Source: Malacoraja senta (taxonomy: Eukaryota). From it: DNA of 62,000 nucleotides. The translations under genes were made by a program, and so were the position numbers. Where the stretch lies: positions 62,001-124,000 of the forward strand of contig JAXLNO010000408.1 in NCBI GenBank assembly GCA_038087875.1, given 5' to 3'. Shown here in pieces: positions 39,180 to 50,900 of this stretch (the first letter of the stretch is position 1; each line of letters starts with the position of its first letter). The notes beneath the pieces were generated by a model. It had not been told where the DNA came from. It did no database searches and was given only the letters and a program-made list of their open reading frames with translations.

Positions 39180-40848
39180 GTGTCCCCTCATGCCCACCGC
39201 TTCGGTGAATTGCCTCAGCTTTCCTGGGCTCAGGAACCCGGTGCCGGCATCCTCAATGAGGTGGGTTTCCTGTGGCGTAACCCAAGGTGTCGTTGGGAGG
39301 GGGGGGCCTACTCATTCCACCCCCTTCTGGGCGCGCTGCTTCCTCCGTCTCCTGTAGCTGGGGTACGGTGGCTGGTTCACTGCTCCTGCAAGCCTGGGGT
39401 TGGGGCCCATTGGCCTCTGCACTGCTCCCGGTCGCCCGGAGCTGGGCCCCATCGACCGCTGCACTGATCCCGGTTGCCCGAGGGTTGGGGCCCATTGGCC
39501 TCTGCGATGATCCCGGTCGCCCGGAGCTGGGCCCCATCGACCGCTGCACTGCTCCCAGTTGCCCGGAGCTGGGCCCCATCGACCGCTGCACTGCTCCCAG
39601 TTGCCCGGAGCTGGGCCCCATCGACCGCTGCTCTGCTCCCAGTTGCCCGGGGTTGGGGCCCATTGGCCGCTGCTCTGCTCTCGGTCTCCAGGGGCCTGGG
39701 GGACGATCAGCGTGGCCTTTCTCTTTTCCTCCCCTGTTTCCTTCCTCTGCCTCCATCGTTGGGACTTCCCGGTCGCCTCATCCTCCACACGAGGAGAGGT
39801 TGCTGCCTTCTGTCAGGGAGAGAGGTCTTTTTTGGGGATTTATTTTTGGACTTACCAGCCCTTTCCGACCTCGGCTCTTTGGGCTGAACCCTCTGGTGCT
39901 TCTTGTACGTCACCGTCGTCCATTTCTCCTGCTGTCCCCCCTCCTCCATCGACTCTCCCTCCTGGGCAGGGTGATGGGGGTCTCCTTCCGGCACTTGGGG
40001 GCTCGAGGTGGTCGGGCTGTCCTCGTCCCTGTTCCCCCTTTCTGCTGCAGTCTTGGCAATGGTGAGGGGTGTCACACCCACCCTGGGGGTGCTGGCAGCA
40101 GCCCCTCTTGTCGCCTGTGCATAGGTGCAGGCTGTTTTAGGGCAGGCCCTGTAAAGGTGGCCTCCCTCCCCACACAGGTTGCAGTTCTTGCTGGCCTGAC
40201 AGCCCTTTGTCTCATGGCCCTCTGTCTTGCAGACAACTGCAGTGCATTGGACCATCACATGCCCAGGCTTGTTGCATTTCCTGCACAGCCTGGGTTGCCC
40301 CGTGTAGCTCATGTACCCTCGGTTCCCTCTGATAGCGAACAACGAGGGAGGGTGGATGATGGCTCCGTCCTTGTCCACCCTCAGCTTCACCTTCACTTGC
40401 CGCTTGCTCGTCCAGATCCCGTACAGGTCCTTCACGTCCACACAGTTCCCTGCTCCCTCGACATGACGAGCAAGGAAGGTGAGGACATCCACTACGGGCA
40501 CATGTGGGTTGAACATGTGCAACGTGATCATCCTTTCCTTCTGGGTGGGGGGGGATGAAGAGCGGCTGCACTTTCAGCAGCGACAGCGGAGCTTCATTCC
40601 CCTTCTCCCGGAAGTCATCCATCAACTTCTGCCATCCCGTCGGATACTTGAAGGTAACATCAAAGTATCCGTTACCCGGGAAGTCCTGGACGCAGGAGAT
40701 GTCCTTGGCCTCAAATTTGCAGGCCTCTAGCGAGACCTTCTTCACGAACAGGTCCCCGTGAGAAGGGAACCCCCTTGCTGAGGTCCTTAACGCTGATTCT
40801 CAGGGTATTGCGGAAACCCTGTACTCCCGCTCCAGTTCCTGCTGCCAT
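39180..40848 (-). pseudogene. Tx1 ORF1 (gag-like zinc-knuckle protein, ZCCHC3-like) with 42-bp tandem repeats in the C-terminal part
   Basis: ATG at 40848; QDFPGNGYFDVTF, GIWTSKRQVKV, CRKCNKPGHVMVQC, CNLCGEGGHLYRAC; SMGPSSGQLGAVQR repeats at 39400-39680; frameshifts. Confidence 0.88.
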
Positions 40849-41018
40849 TGTGGCTGAATGAGGTGTTAGGTTGGTTGCCCAACCAGCATGGATCCACCTC
40901 TAAGCCCACAGCCGACCGACTCCTCGTCACCGATTCTGCTCCGCGATCCACGGCCCTTGTCCCCAAGGGGCCGCCGGAACTGTTCTAATAAGAACAGAGA
41001 GTCTCTTTTACTCAAATA

Positions 41019-41074
41019 CTCGTCCTGGGAGAACCTCCTTGGTGATCAAGGTCTCTCCCCTGCCAGGTAAGTAT
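41019..41074 (-). ncRNA. U1: U1 snRNA 5' fragment (nt 1-56: splice-site recognition end plus stem-loop I), fused to Tx1
   Basis: Reverse complement ATACTTACCTGGCAGGGGAGAGACCTTGATCACCAAGGAGGTTCTCCCAGGACGAG; 50/56 identical to human U1 as recalled. The rest of U1 (Sm site, SL2-4) is absent. Confidence 0.95.
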
Positions 41075-41505
41075 CTCCACAGATGCTGCCTGACCCGCTG
41101 AGTTACTCCAGCGTTACTCCGTGAAACGTCACCTATCCATGTTCTCCACAGATGCTGCCTGACCCGCTGAGTTACTCCAGCACTCTGTGAAACGTCACCT
41201 ATCCATGTTCTCCACAGATGTGCCTGACCCGCTGAGTTACTCCAGCACTCTGTGAAACGTCACCTATCCATGTTCCGGCAGCATCTGTGGAGCGAAGGAA
41301 ATAGGCAACGTTTCGGCCCGAAACCCTTCCGGGTTTCGGCCCGAAACGTTGCCTATTTCCTTCAGGGTTTCGGCCCGAAAGGTTGCCCATTTCCTTCGCT
41401 CCACAGATGCTGCCTGACCCGCTGAGTTACTCCAGCGTTACTCTGTGAAACGTCACCTATCCATGTTCTCCACAGATGCTGCCTGACCCGCTGAGTTACT
41501 CCAGC
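41075..41505 (+). repeat. Penelope-terminal-derived tandem array with an internal palindrome (33-bp arms)
   Basis: ~66-bp units; inverted repeat 41294-41326/41331-41363 with one mismatch. Confidence 0.8.
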
Positions 41506-41591
41506 TGTCTGCGCTGTTATCCACAGTTTGTCAGTTTAACAAGTTCTCTACAACTTGCCTTTGAGCCCAAGGTGGAGGTCATTCAATTGAT

Positions 41592-41780
41592 TGAAAGATA
41601 CAGCATGGAAACAGGCCCTTCAGCCCACTGAGTCCACGTCGCCTAGCGATCGCCCGTCCACACTAGTTCTATGTTATCCCACTTTCCCATCCACTCCCTA
41701 CACACTAGGGACAATTTACAGAGAGGCCGATTAACCTGCAAACCCGCACGTCTTTGGGATGCGGGAGGAAGCCGGAGCCA
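41592..41780 (-). mobile_element. HE1-like (V-SINE) fragment
   Basis: Reverse complement contains CATCCCAAAGACGTGCGGGTTTGCAGGTTAATCGGCC..AAATTGTCCCTAGTGTGTAG and a CR1-type tail GGGCTGAAGGGCCTGTTTCCATGCTGTATC. Confidence 0.75.
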
Positions 41781-41829
41781 GTGAAGGGAGAGGGGATAAA
41801 TGATGTGGGACTCGAGGCTGCTCACGTTA

Positions 41830-42007
41830 ACATAGAAACATAGAAAATAGGTGCAGGGGTAGAGGCCATTCGGCCCTTCGAGCCTGCACCGCCATTCAAT
41901 CTGATCATGGCTGATCATCCAACTCAGTATCCCGTACCTCCCTTCTCTCCATACCCCCTGATCCCTTTAGCCACAAGGGCCACATCTAACTCCCTCTTAA
42001 ATATAGC
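41830..42007 (-). mobile_element. CR1 3' end fragment
   Basis: (CATAGAAA)n tail and CR1 3' UTR on the minus strand. Confidence 0.9.
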
Positions 42008-42012
42008 TCTTT

Positions 42013-43280
42013 AAACATGAAGGTTATTGATGCAAGCGATGATAACCTGGTGACAACAGCCTCAACCACCACTCCACACGTTCCCACACCGACAACAGAA
42101 CCACCTTGAGAACCAACCACCACACAAGTCTCAACGCCCGTACTATCCACCCACACGACCACACAACCCACCTCACCTATAGTGACCACTGTAGTATCCA
42201 CCCACACCACCACACCTGTAGTGACCACTGTATTATCCACCCACACGTCCACACAACCCACCACACCTGTAGTGACCACTGTATTATCCACCCACCTCCA
42301 CACCTGTAGTGACCACTGTACTATCCACCCACACGTCCACACAACCCACCTCCACACCTGTAGTGACCACTGTACTATCCACCCACACGACCACACAACC
42401 CACCACCACACCTGTAGTGACCACTGTATTATCCACCCACACGTCCACACAACCCACCACACCTGTAGTGACCACTGTATTATCCACCCACCTCCACACC
42501 TGTAGTGACCACTGTACTATCCACCCACACGTCCACACAACCCACCTCCACACCTGTAGTGACCACTGTACTATCCACCCACACGACCACACAACCCACC
42601 ACCACACCTGTAGTGACCACTGTATTATCCACCCACACGTCCACACAACCCACCACACCTGTAGTGACCACTGTATTATCCACCCACCTCCACACCTGTA
42701 GTGACCACTGTACTATCCACCCACACGACCACACAACCCACCACCACACCTGTAGTGACCACTGTATTATCCACACAACCCACCACCACACCTGTAGTGA
42801 CCACTGTACTATCCACCCACACAACCACACAACCCACCACCACACCTGTAGTGACCACTGTACTAACCACCCACACGACCACACAACCCACCACACCTGT
42901 AGTGACCACTGTAGTATCCACCCACACCACCACACAACCCACCACACCTGTAGTGACCACTGTACTATCGACCCCAACTACTCCAGAACCAACGAACACA
43001 CCTGAAGTTCCAACCACAACCAAAGACTCTACAGGTGTAGTCACCACAACGATCCTTACAACCGCCCCCAGTGTGAGTGACGACTAACTCTGCAGCTTGG
43101 ACCACGTCTCTGCCCACAACACACAGAGTGAAGCCACTCACTAGCGCAACACCAAAGCTCAGCCCGGCCTTGGATTCAGTGAATCTTACACAATACACCC
43201 CAGACACAGCATGTGGACAGACCCCTCATCCAGAATCCTCCACAAGGCCACAAGAAATTACAGAGAATTGTGGACATTTG
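42013..43280 (+). pseudogene. 3' part of LRR-mucin gene copy A (end of LRRCT, 48-51 bp stalk repeats, unique C-terminal part)
   Basis: NMKVIDASDDNLVTTASTTTPHVPTPTTEPP*EPTTTQVST is paralogous to 47770-47910; PVVTTVLSTHTTTQPTT repeats; in-frame stop and frameshifts. Confidence 0.8.
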
Positions 43281-43765
43281 CAGCCCAGACCATCACACAC
43301 ACACACACACACAAACTAACCTCCCCTCCATCAACTCCATCTACACCTCATGCAGCCTCGGCAAGGCCAGCAGCATCATCACGGACCAGGCTCACACCAT
43401 GGCCACTCCCTCTTCTCCCCTCTCCCATCGGGCAAGAGGTACAGAAGTGTGAAAACAAACGCACACCTCCAGATTCACGGACAGTTTCTTCCCAGCTGTT
43501 ATCAGGCAACTGAATCACCCTATCAACAACCAGAGAGCGGTCCTGAACTACTATCGACCACACTGGTGACCCTCGGACTATCCTTGATCGGACTTTGCTG
43601 GCTTTACCTTGCACTCAATGTTATTCCCTTGTCATGTATCTGTACACTACGGATGAATCGATTGTAATCATGTATTGTCTTTCTCCTGACTGGTTTGCTC
43701 ACAACAACCAGCGTTTCACTTTACCTCGGTACGCGGGACAATAAATTAAACTCAACTCTCAACTG
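43280..43765 (+). mobile_element. Rex1/L2-group LINE 3' fragment
   Basis: AQTITH..TNLPSINSIYTSCSLGKASSII..GHSLFSPLPSGKRYRSVKT..SFFPAVIRQLN; ends GGACAATAAA plus a short repeat tail. Confidence 0.8.
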
Positions 43766-44124
43766 AGAAACATCAAGGTCTCAGGAAGAGAGAAAACGCC
43801 CACATTCTGGCCTCTCTGCGATTAACACGGTGAGACAAGATCTTGCGTTGCCGCAGTGTTTATCGTGTACAGTGTGTGGCAGCAACGCACGGTCCTGGGG
43901 TAAACACCGTTATCAGGAGTGTTCAGTCACTGTCTCTCCTTCACAGTCGTGTGGAAACTCAACGTGACATGGTCACTTCAATCTCTCTACTCTATACACT
44001 TCAATAAGGCAAGTACACTCAAGGGAAGTACACTCACTGCACCAATTGGTGTTTAAAGTCGGCATTTATCATAAACAGTTATTGTTACCAGGAAAACCAC
44101 AATCTGCATTGTTAGATGCTGTTA

Positions 44125-45300
44125 GTTAATTGGGAATTAAAAGGATCGGCGATATGTATGAAATGGGAAATCTGTTATCATTCCAACAATTACAATTAAA
44201 ATTTAAACTGAAAAATAACTAATATTTTAAATATCTTCAGATCTGCGACTTCATGAAGAAATACATACAAAGACATCAAACTATAACTTTAGATCCACTG
44301 GAAGAAGCAATGAATATTAAGGCTGTCTCACAGAAATTAATATCATATTTATATAATAGTATTTTAAATATAGAACTACCATTCACAGAGGCATTTAGAG
44401 AAGATTGGGAACGAGAATTAATGATAAAAATTACGAAAGAAACATGGGAAAAGTATTTGATATATATACACAAATGTTCGATTAATGTAAGACATAACTT
44501 AATTCAATTTAAAAAATTTTACATAGATTATATTATTCAAAAACTAGACTGAATAAATTCTATCCAAATACTTCCCCCATTTGTGATAAATGTCTATCCC
44601 AAAATGCCACTATAACAAACTCTTTTGTTTCCTGCATAAAACTTTATAAATTCTGGAGCGATATCTTTGAAATATTTACAAAATTATTCAAGATAAAAAT
44701 GGAGCCTAATAATGAAATGATTATATTTGGAGTAACGGAGGACGGGAACAAATTCAACTCATCTCAAAATTCAATTTTTAATTATGGGTTAATAAGGGCA
44801 TAAAAACTTAAACATAGATTTTGTAAAAAATACACCCATACCAACGCTTAAAATGTGGATTTCAAACATGTTGGACACCGCACATCTTGAAGAAATGCGA
44901 TTCCTCCTAATAGATAAATCAGACCAATTCTTAATGAGTTGGTCTCCATTTGTCGACTTTTTGGAAGCTTATGGTGGAACAGAATCGTAGAAACCAACTG
45001 TTTCAGGACTGGGTGAAGGATGGTCAAGAATATAAATAACGATCTCCTTAATCTCCTACTCTCTACTCTTTCCCTTTCTCTCTCCTTTTCTTTTCTTCCC
45101 CTCTTTCCCCCCTTTTCCTTTTCACACACCAACACATCACACGCTTTTCTATTTTTTAATTACCTATTCTTTCTTTCTCTCTCTTATTATTAAAGGAACA
45201 AAATAAGAAGCTGTACATAAAATGTAACATGTCAATATATATTAGGCACCTTGGTGCCACATTACTGTACTTACGTCTAATAAAATTAAAATATATTTTT
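44125..45300 (+). mobile_element. L1 LINE 3' fragment (ORF2 C-terminus and 3' UTR)
   Basis: YLQICDFMKK..WERELMIKITKETWEK..CSINVRHNLIQFK..CDKC zinc-knuckle region; AATAAA near 45279. Confidence 0.85.
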
Positions 45301-46684
45301 TTAAAGATGGTGTTAGTGTGTAAGGTGTGGGAGTGAATGTCCAGTAATGTGCCCGACTGTACTCCGACCTAATCCCAGTCTACACTTGCCCACATTGACA
45401 ACCTTTACTAATCTACGAGTTGGAGCTCTTCCAAATGACACTGGGGAAGATGCCACTGATGCATTAATGGCTCCCCTGTGACCTGTTGATCACGGAGATC
45501 TCTTTCTTTCTTCTCTTCTGCTACTGGTGAAGCACAAGGCCGTAGGGTTGAAAGACATTTGGCCGGGGAGCGAGAGCAGCACAAGAGCGGAGAGAACAAG
45601 TGTAGGGAATTAGGAGAGGGAGCTGCCAGTGTGGGCTTCGATAAGAGCTGTCCGACAGAGAGGATAAGAAGTCCAAGGTGGGTAAATAGCAAGAGCTTTT
45701 ACACCACTGATGTACAGAGGGATCTCGGGGGGCCAAGTCTATAATTCTGTGAAACTGGCAGCAGTGGTAATGAAGGCATACATAACCGGGCTTTCACCGG
45801 TTGGGGCATTGAGTATAAGAGTCACGTTGCAGCTTCATAGTCGAGACTACACTTACTGTGTTGTGTGTAGCAGCATTTTTAGTTTGAGCTTTTACCTTCA
45901 GTTTGAGAGTTACAGCAGTCCCTTTGACCAGAGTCCACGCCAACCATCGATCACCCATTCACACCAGTTCTATGTTATCTCACCTGCATCCACTCCTTAC
46001 ACGCTAGGCTAATATATTTCATCTTTATCTGTATTTTAAAAATCTGATTAAAACTTAAATTGTGAATTGTTATTCTATTAGCATGTCCAGTATATAAATG
46101 TCAAGTATTTATTAATTTAAAAGTATTGTTGTTGTTTTTTAAACTTTACAGGATAATGTCTTCCAAATATGTGCTGTGTGTTGTAGATTTAACACAACTG
46201 TGTCTGTGGACTTTGCTCTCGGGAATGTGTGTTCCAGTCTGGGGTCTTTGTGTGTAGCGGAGAATCCATGATGGAGATGCCAGCCCACAACTCAAATGAG
46301 CATCGTAAAAACCAATGTTTCCACACTCAGGGCTGGCGTATTGAAGGATTACCCAATGTCACTGCACAGGATGGACTTTGATAACAATTTGTTAAGTACG
46401 ATAGAAATTGGAGCTCTGGATGGATTGACAAATCTGACAACCCTTGACATTGCCTGCAACCCACTGGAAACACTGGATGTTGGGATCTTTGACAACTTTC
46501 CACAGCTGACGAATCTTTACCTCACCACAAACAAGATCGAGAAACTAGAAAAGGGATTATTCGATAAACTTTTCAAATGAGTGGAATTGCGGTTGTTTGG
46601 AAACGGAATAAGGGTGGAATATTTGACGAGCTTACACAGCTGCAGAAACTTCACCTGGCTACAAACAAGATCCAGCATCTATCA

Positions 46685-47021
46685 GGAAGATTGTTCCCGA
46701 TGTTGGGGAAGTCCAGGACAAGGGGTCACAGCTTAAGGATAAGGGGGAAATCCTTTAAGACCGAAATGAGGAAAAACTTTTTCACACAGAGAGTGGCGAA
46801 TCTCTGGAACTCTCTGCCACAGAGGGTAGTTGAGGCCAGTTCATTGGCTATATTTAAGAGGGAGTTAGATGTGGCCCTTGTGGCTAAAGGGATCAGGGGG
46901 TATGGAGAGAAGGCAGGTACGGGATACTGAGTTGGATGATCAGCCATGATCATATTGAATGGCGGTGCAGGCTCGAAGGGCCGAATGGCCTACTCCTGCA
47001 CCTATTTTCTATGTATCTATG
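46685..47021 (+). mobile_element. 5'-truncated CR1 inserted in the LRR coding exon
   Basis: TSD TATCA (46680-46684/47022-47026); removal restores in-frame ..KIQHLS-PQTFHKL. Confidence 0.95.
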
Positions 47022-47909
47022 TATCACCACAAACATTTCACAAACTTGCTCAACTCCAGATTCTCAGACTTTACCAAAATCAGATCACTGATCTCCCAGT
47101 GGGTATTTTTGACAATCTCCTAGAATTAACTGAGCTGTCTTTGGCAACGAATAAAATTTCACATCTCCCATTTGACATTTTTTCAAAGCTTAACAAGTTA
47201 GAAAAGTTGTCTGTGGGAAATAACGTCATCACAAATGTTCCTGAGCAGCTGTTGACCAATTTGACAAAGTTAACTCGCCTGAGACTAGGGTCCAACTTGC
47301 TCTCAAATCTTCCTGCCAATTTATTTGCATCAACGCCAGCCCTCAAAGAACTTTGTTTGAATGAAAACCAATTGCTTTCTCTTGCTGACGACATCTTCAG
47401 TAAAGTGCCCGTCCTGATGAAGCTGGAACTGAACAAGAACCAGATCACCTTTATTGGAAAGAAACTTTTCCGTGGCCTCAAACATTTGCGTGAACTTCAT
47501 CTCCAAGGAAACAATATCAGTAGCTGGACAGTGAAGCTTGTAAAGATTTATCTAAGTTGAAGAAGCTGAATCTTGCTAATAACCTTTTGTCTAATATACC
47601 TAATGGAGCCTTTGACAATTTGACATCGCTGTCTCCCTCTGGTCTCAATCTGCTGAATAATCGTCTTGTTTGTGACTGTGAGTTGGTATATCTCAGAGAT
47701 TGGATCAAACGGAAGGTACACAGGGTGAAGTCAGCCAGCAAGTTGCTGTGTCACAGTGCTGCTCATGGCAACATGATGGTTATTGATGCAAGCGATGATG
47801 TCCTGAGCTGTGTGATGACAACAGCCTCAACCACCACGCCACACGTTCCCACACCGACAACTCACCTGTCTACAGAACCACCTCGAGAACCCACCACCAC
47901 ACAAGTCTC

Positions 47910-50900
47910 AACGCCTGTAGTGACCACTGTACAACCCACCCGCACACCTGTAGTGACCACTGTACTACCCACCCGCACACCTGTAGTGACCATTGTACTA
48001 CCCACCCGCACACCTGTAGTGACCACTGTACAACCCACCCACACCTGTAGTGACCACTGTACTACCCACCCGCACACCTGTAGTGACGACTGTACAACCC
48101 ACCCACACACCTGTAGTGACCACTGTACAACCCACCCGCACACCTGTGAGTGACGACTGTACCCACCCACACACCTGTAGTGACCACTGTACTACCCACC
48201 CACACACCTGTAGTGACCACTGTACTACCCACCCGCACACCTGTAGTGACGACTGTACAACCCACCCACACACCTGTAGTGACCACTGTACAACCCACCC
48301 GCACACCTGTAGTGACGACTGTACCCACCCACACACCTGTAGTGACCACTGTACTACCCACCCGCACACCTGTAGTGACCACTGTACCACACAACCCCCC
48401 ACCACACCTGTAGTGACCACTGTACTACCCACCCGCACACCTGTAGTGACCACTGTACAACCCACCCGCACCTGTAGTGACCACTGTACTACCCACCCGC
48501 ACACCTGTAGTGACCACTGTACTACCCACCCGCACACCTGTAGTGACGACTGTACTGTACTACCCACCCGCACACCTGTAGTGATGACTGTACTGTACTA
48601 ACTACCCAACCCACACACCTGTAGTGACCACTGTACAAACCCCCCCCCGCACACCTGTAGTGGACGACTGTACCCACCCACACACCTGTAGTGACCACTG
48701 TACTACCCACCCACACACCTGTAGTGACCACTGTACTACCCCCCCGCACACCTGTAGTGACCACTGTCACACAACCCCCACACACCTGTAGTGACACTGT
48801 ACTACCCACCCGCACACCTGTAGTGACCACTGTACAACCCACCCGCACACCTGTAGTGACACTGTACTACCCACCCGCACACCTGTAGTGACCACTGTAC
48901 TACCCACCCGCACACCTGTAGTGACGACTGTACTACCCACCCGCACACCTGTAGTGATGACTTGTACTGTACCCCACCACACACCTGTAGTGACCACTGT
49001 ACTACCCACCCACACCCTGTAGTGACCACTGTACTACCCACCCGCACACCTGTAGTGACCACTGTACAACCCACCCGCACACCTGTAGTGGACCACTGTA
49101 CCCCACCCACACACCTGTAGTGACCACTGTACTACCCACCCACACACCTGTAGTGACCACTGTACTACCCACCCGCACACCTGTAGTGACCACTGTACCA
49201 CACAACCCCCCACCACACCTGTAGTGACCACTGTACTACCCACCCACACACCTGTAGTGACCACTGTACCACACAACCCACCCACACACCTGTAGTGACC
49301 ACTGTACTACCCACCCGCACACCTGTAGTGACCACTGTACTACCCACCCACACACCTGTAGTGACCACTGTACTACCCACCCACACACCTGTAGTGACGA
49401 CTGTACAACCCACCCACACACCTGTAGTGACGACTGTACTACCCACCCACACACCTGTACTGACCACTGTACTACCCACCCACACACCTGTAGTGACTGT
49501 ACTACCCACCCACACACCTGTAGTGACGACTGTACTACCCACCCACACACCTGTACTGACCACTGTACTACCCACCCACACACCTGTAGTGACTACTACC
49601 CACCCGCACACCTGTAGTGACCACTGTACTACCCACCCACACACCTGTAGTGACCACTGTACTACCCACCCACACACCTGTAGTGACCACTGTACTACCC
49701 ACCCACACACCTGTAGTGACTGTACTACCCACCCACACACCTGTAGTGACGACTGTACTACCCACCCACACACCTGTAGTGACTGTACTACCCACCCACA
49801 CACCTGTAGTGACGACTGTACTACCCACCCACACACCTGTAGTGACGACTGTACTACCCACCCACACACCTGTAGTGACTGTACTACCCACCCACACACC
49901 TGTAGTGACGACTGTACTACCCACCCACACACCTGTAGTGACCACTGTACTACCCACCCACACACCTGTAGTGACGACTGTACTACCCACCCACACACCT
50001 GTAGTGACCTCTGTACTACCCACCCACACACCTGTAGTGACTGTACTACCCACCCACACACCTGTAGTGACGACTGTACTACCCACCCACACACCTGTAG
50101 TGACTGTACTACCCACCCGCACACCTGTAGTGACCACTGTACTGTACTACCCACCCGCACACCTGTAGTGACCACTGTACTGTACAACCCACCCGCACAC
50201 CTGTAGTGACCACTGTACAACCCACCCGCACACCTGTAGTGACCACTGTACTACCCACCCACACACCTGTAGTGACCACTGTACTACCCACCCGCACACC
50301 TGTAGTGACGACTGTACCCACCCACACACCTGTAGTGACGACTGTACTACCCACCCACACACCTGTAGTGACCACTGTACTACCCACCCGCACACCTGTA
50401 GTGACCACTGTACTACCCACCCGCACACCTGTAGTGACCACTGTACTACCCACCCACACACCTGTAGTGACGACTGTACTACCCACCCACACACCTGTAC
50501 TGACCACTGTACTACCCACCCACACACCTGTAGTGACTGTACTACCCACCCACACACCTGTAGTGACGACTGTACTACCCACCCACACACCTGTACTGAC
50601 CACTGTACTACCCACCCACACACCTGTAGTGACTACTACCCACCCGCACACCTGTAGTGACCACTGTACTACCCACCCACACACCTGTAGTGACCACTGT
50701 ACTACCCACCCACACACCTGTAGTGACCACTGTACTACCCACCCACACACCTGTAGTGACTGTACTACCCACCCACACACCTGTAGTGACGACTGTACTA
50801 CCCACCCACACACCTGTAGTGACTGTACTACCCACCCACACACCTGTAGTGACGACTGTACTACCCACCCACACACCTGTAGTGACCACTGTACTACCCA

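Larger units (their letters stand above)
36697..41074 (-). mobile_element. Tx1-clade (L1 group) non-LTR retrotransposon, 5'-complete, 3' end missing, with a U1 snRNA-derived head
   Basis: ORF1 with CCHC knuckles, ORF2 with APE and RT, and a 5' UTR ending in U1 nt 1-56. Confidence 0.92.

Noticed and set aside
41019..41074. Functional U1 snRNA gene
   Set aside because: Only nt 1-56 are present; no Sm site, 3' box or recognisable upstream promoter.
46577..46930. LRR-RT fusion protein
   Set aside because: Chance in-frame read-through into a TSD-flanked CR1 fragment within a pseudogene.
46152..47900. A true VLR or somatically assembled LRR cassette locus
   Set aside because: LRRs are contiguous in one exon and closer to LRRC15/GP5; no scattered cassettes or incomplete germline gene seen. 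Only the architecture is similar.
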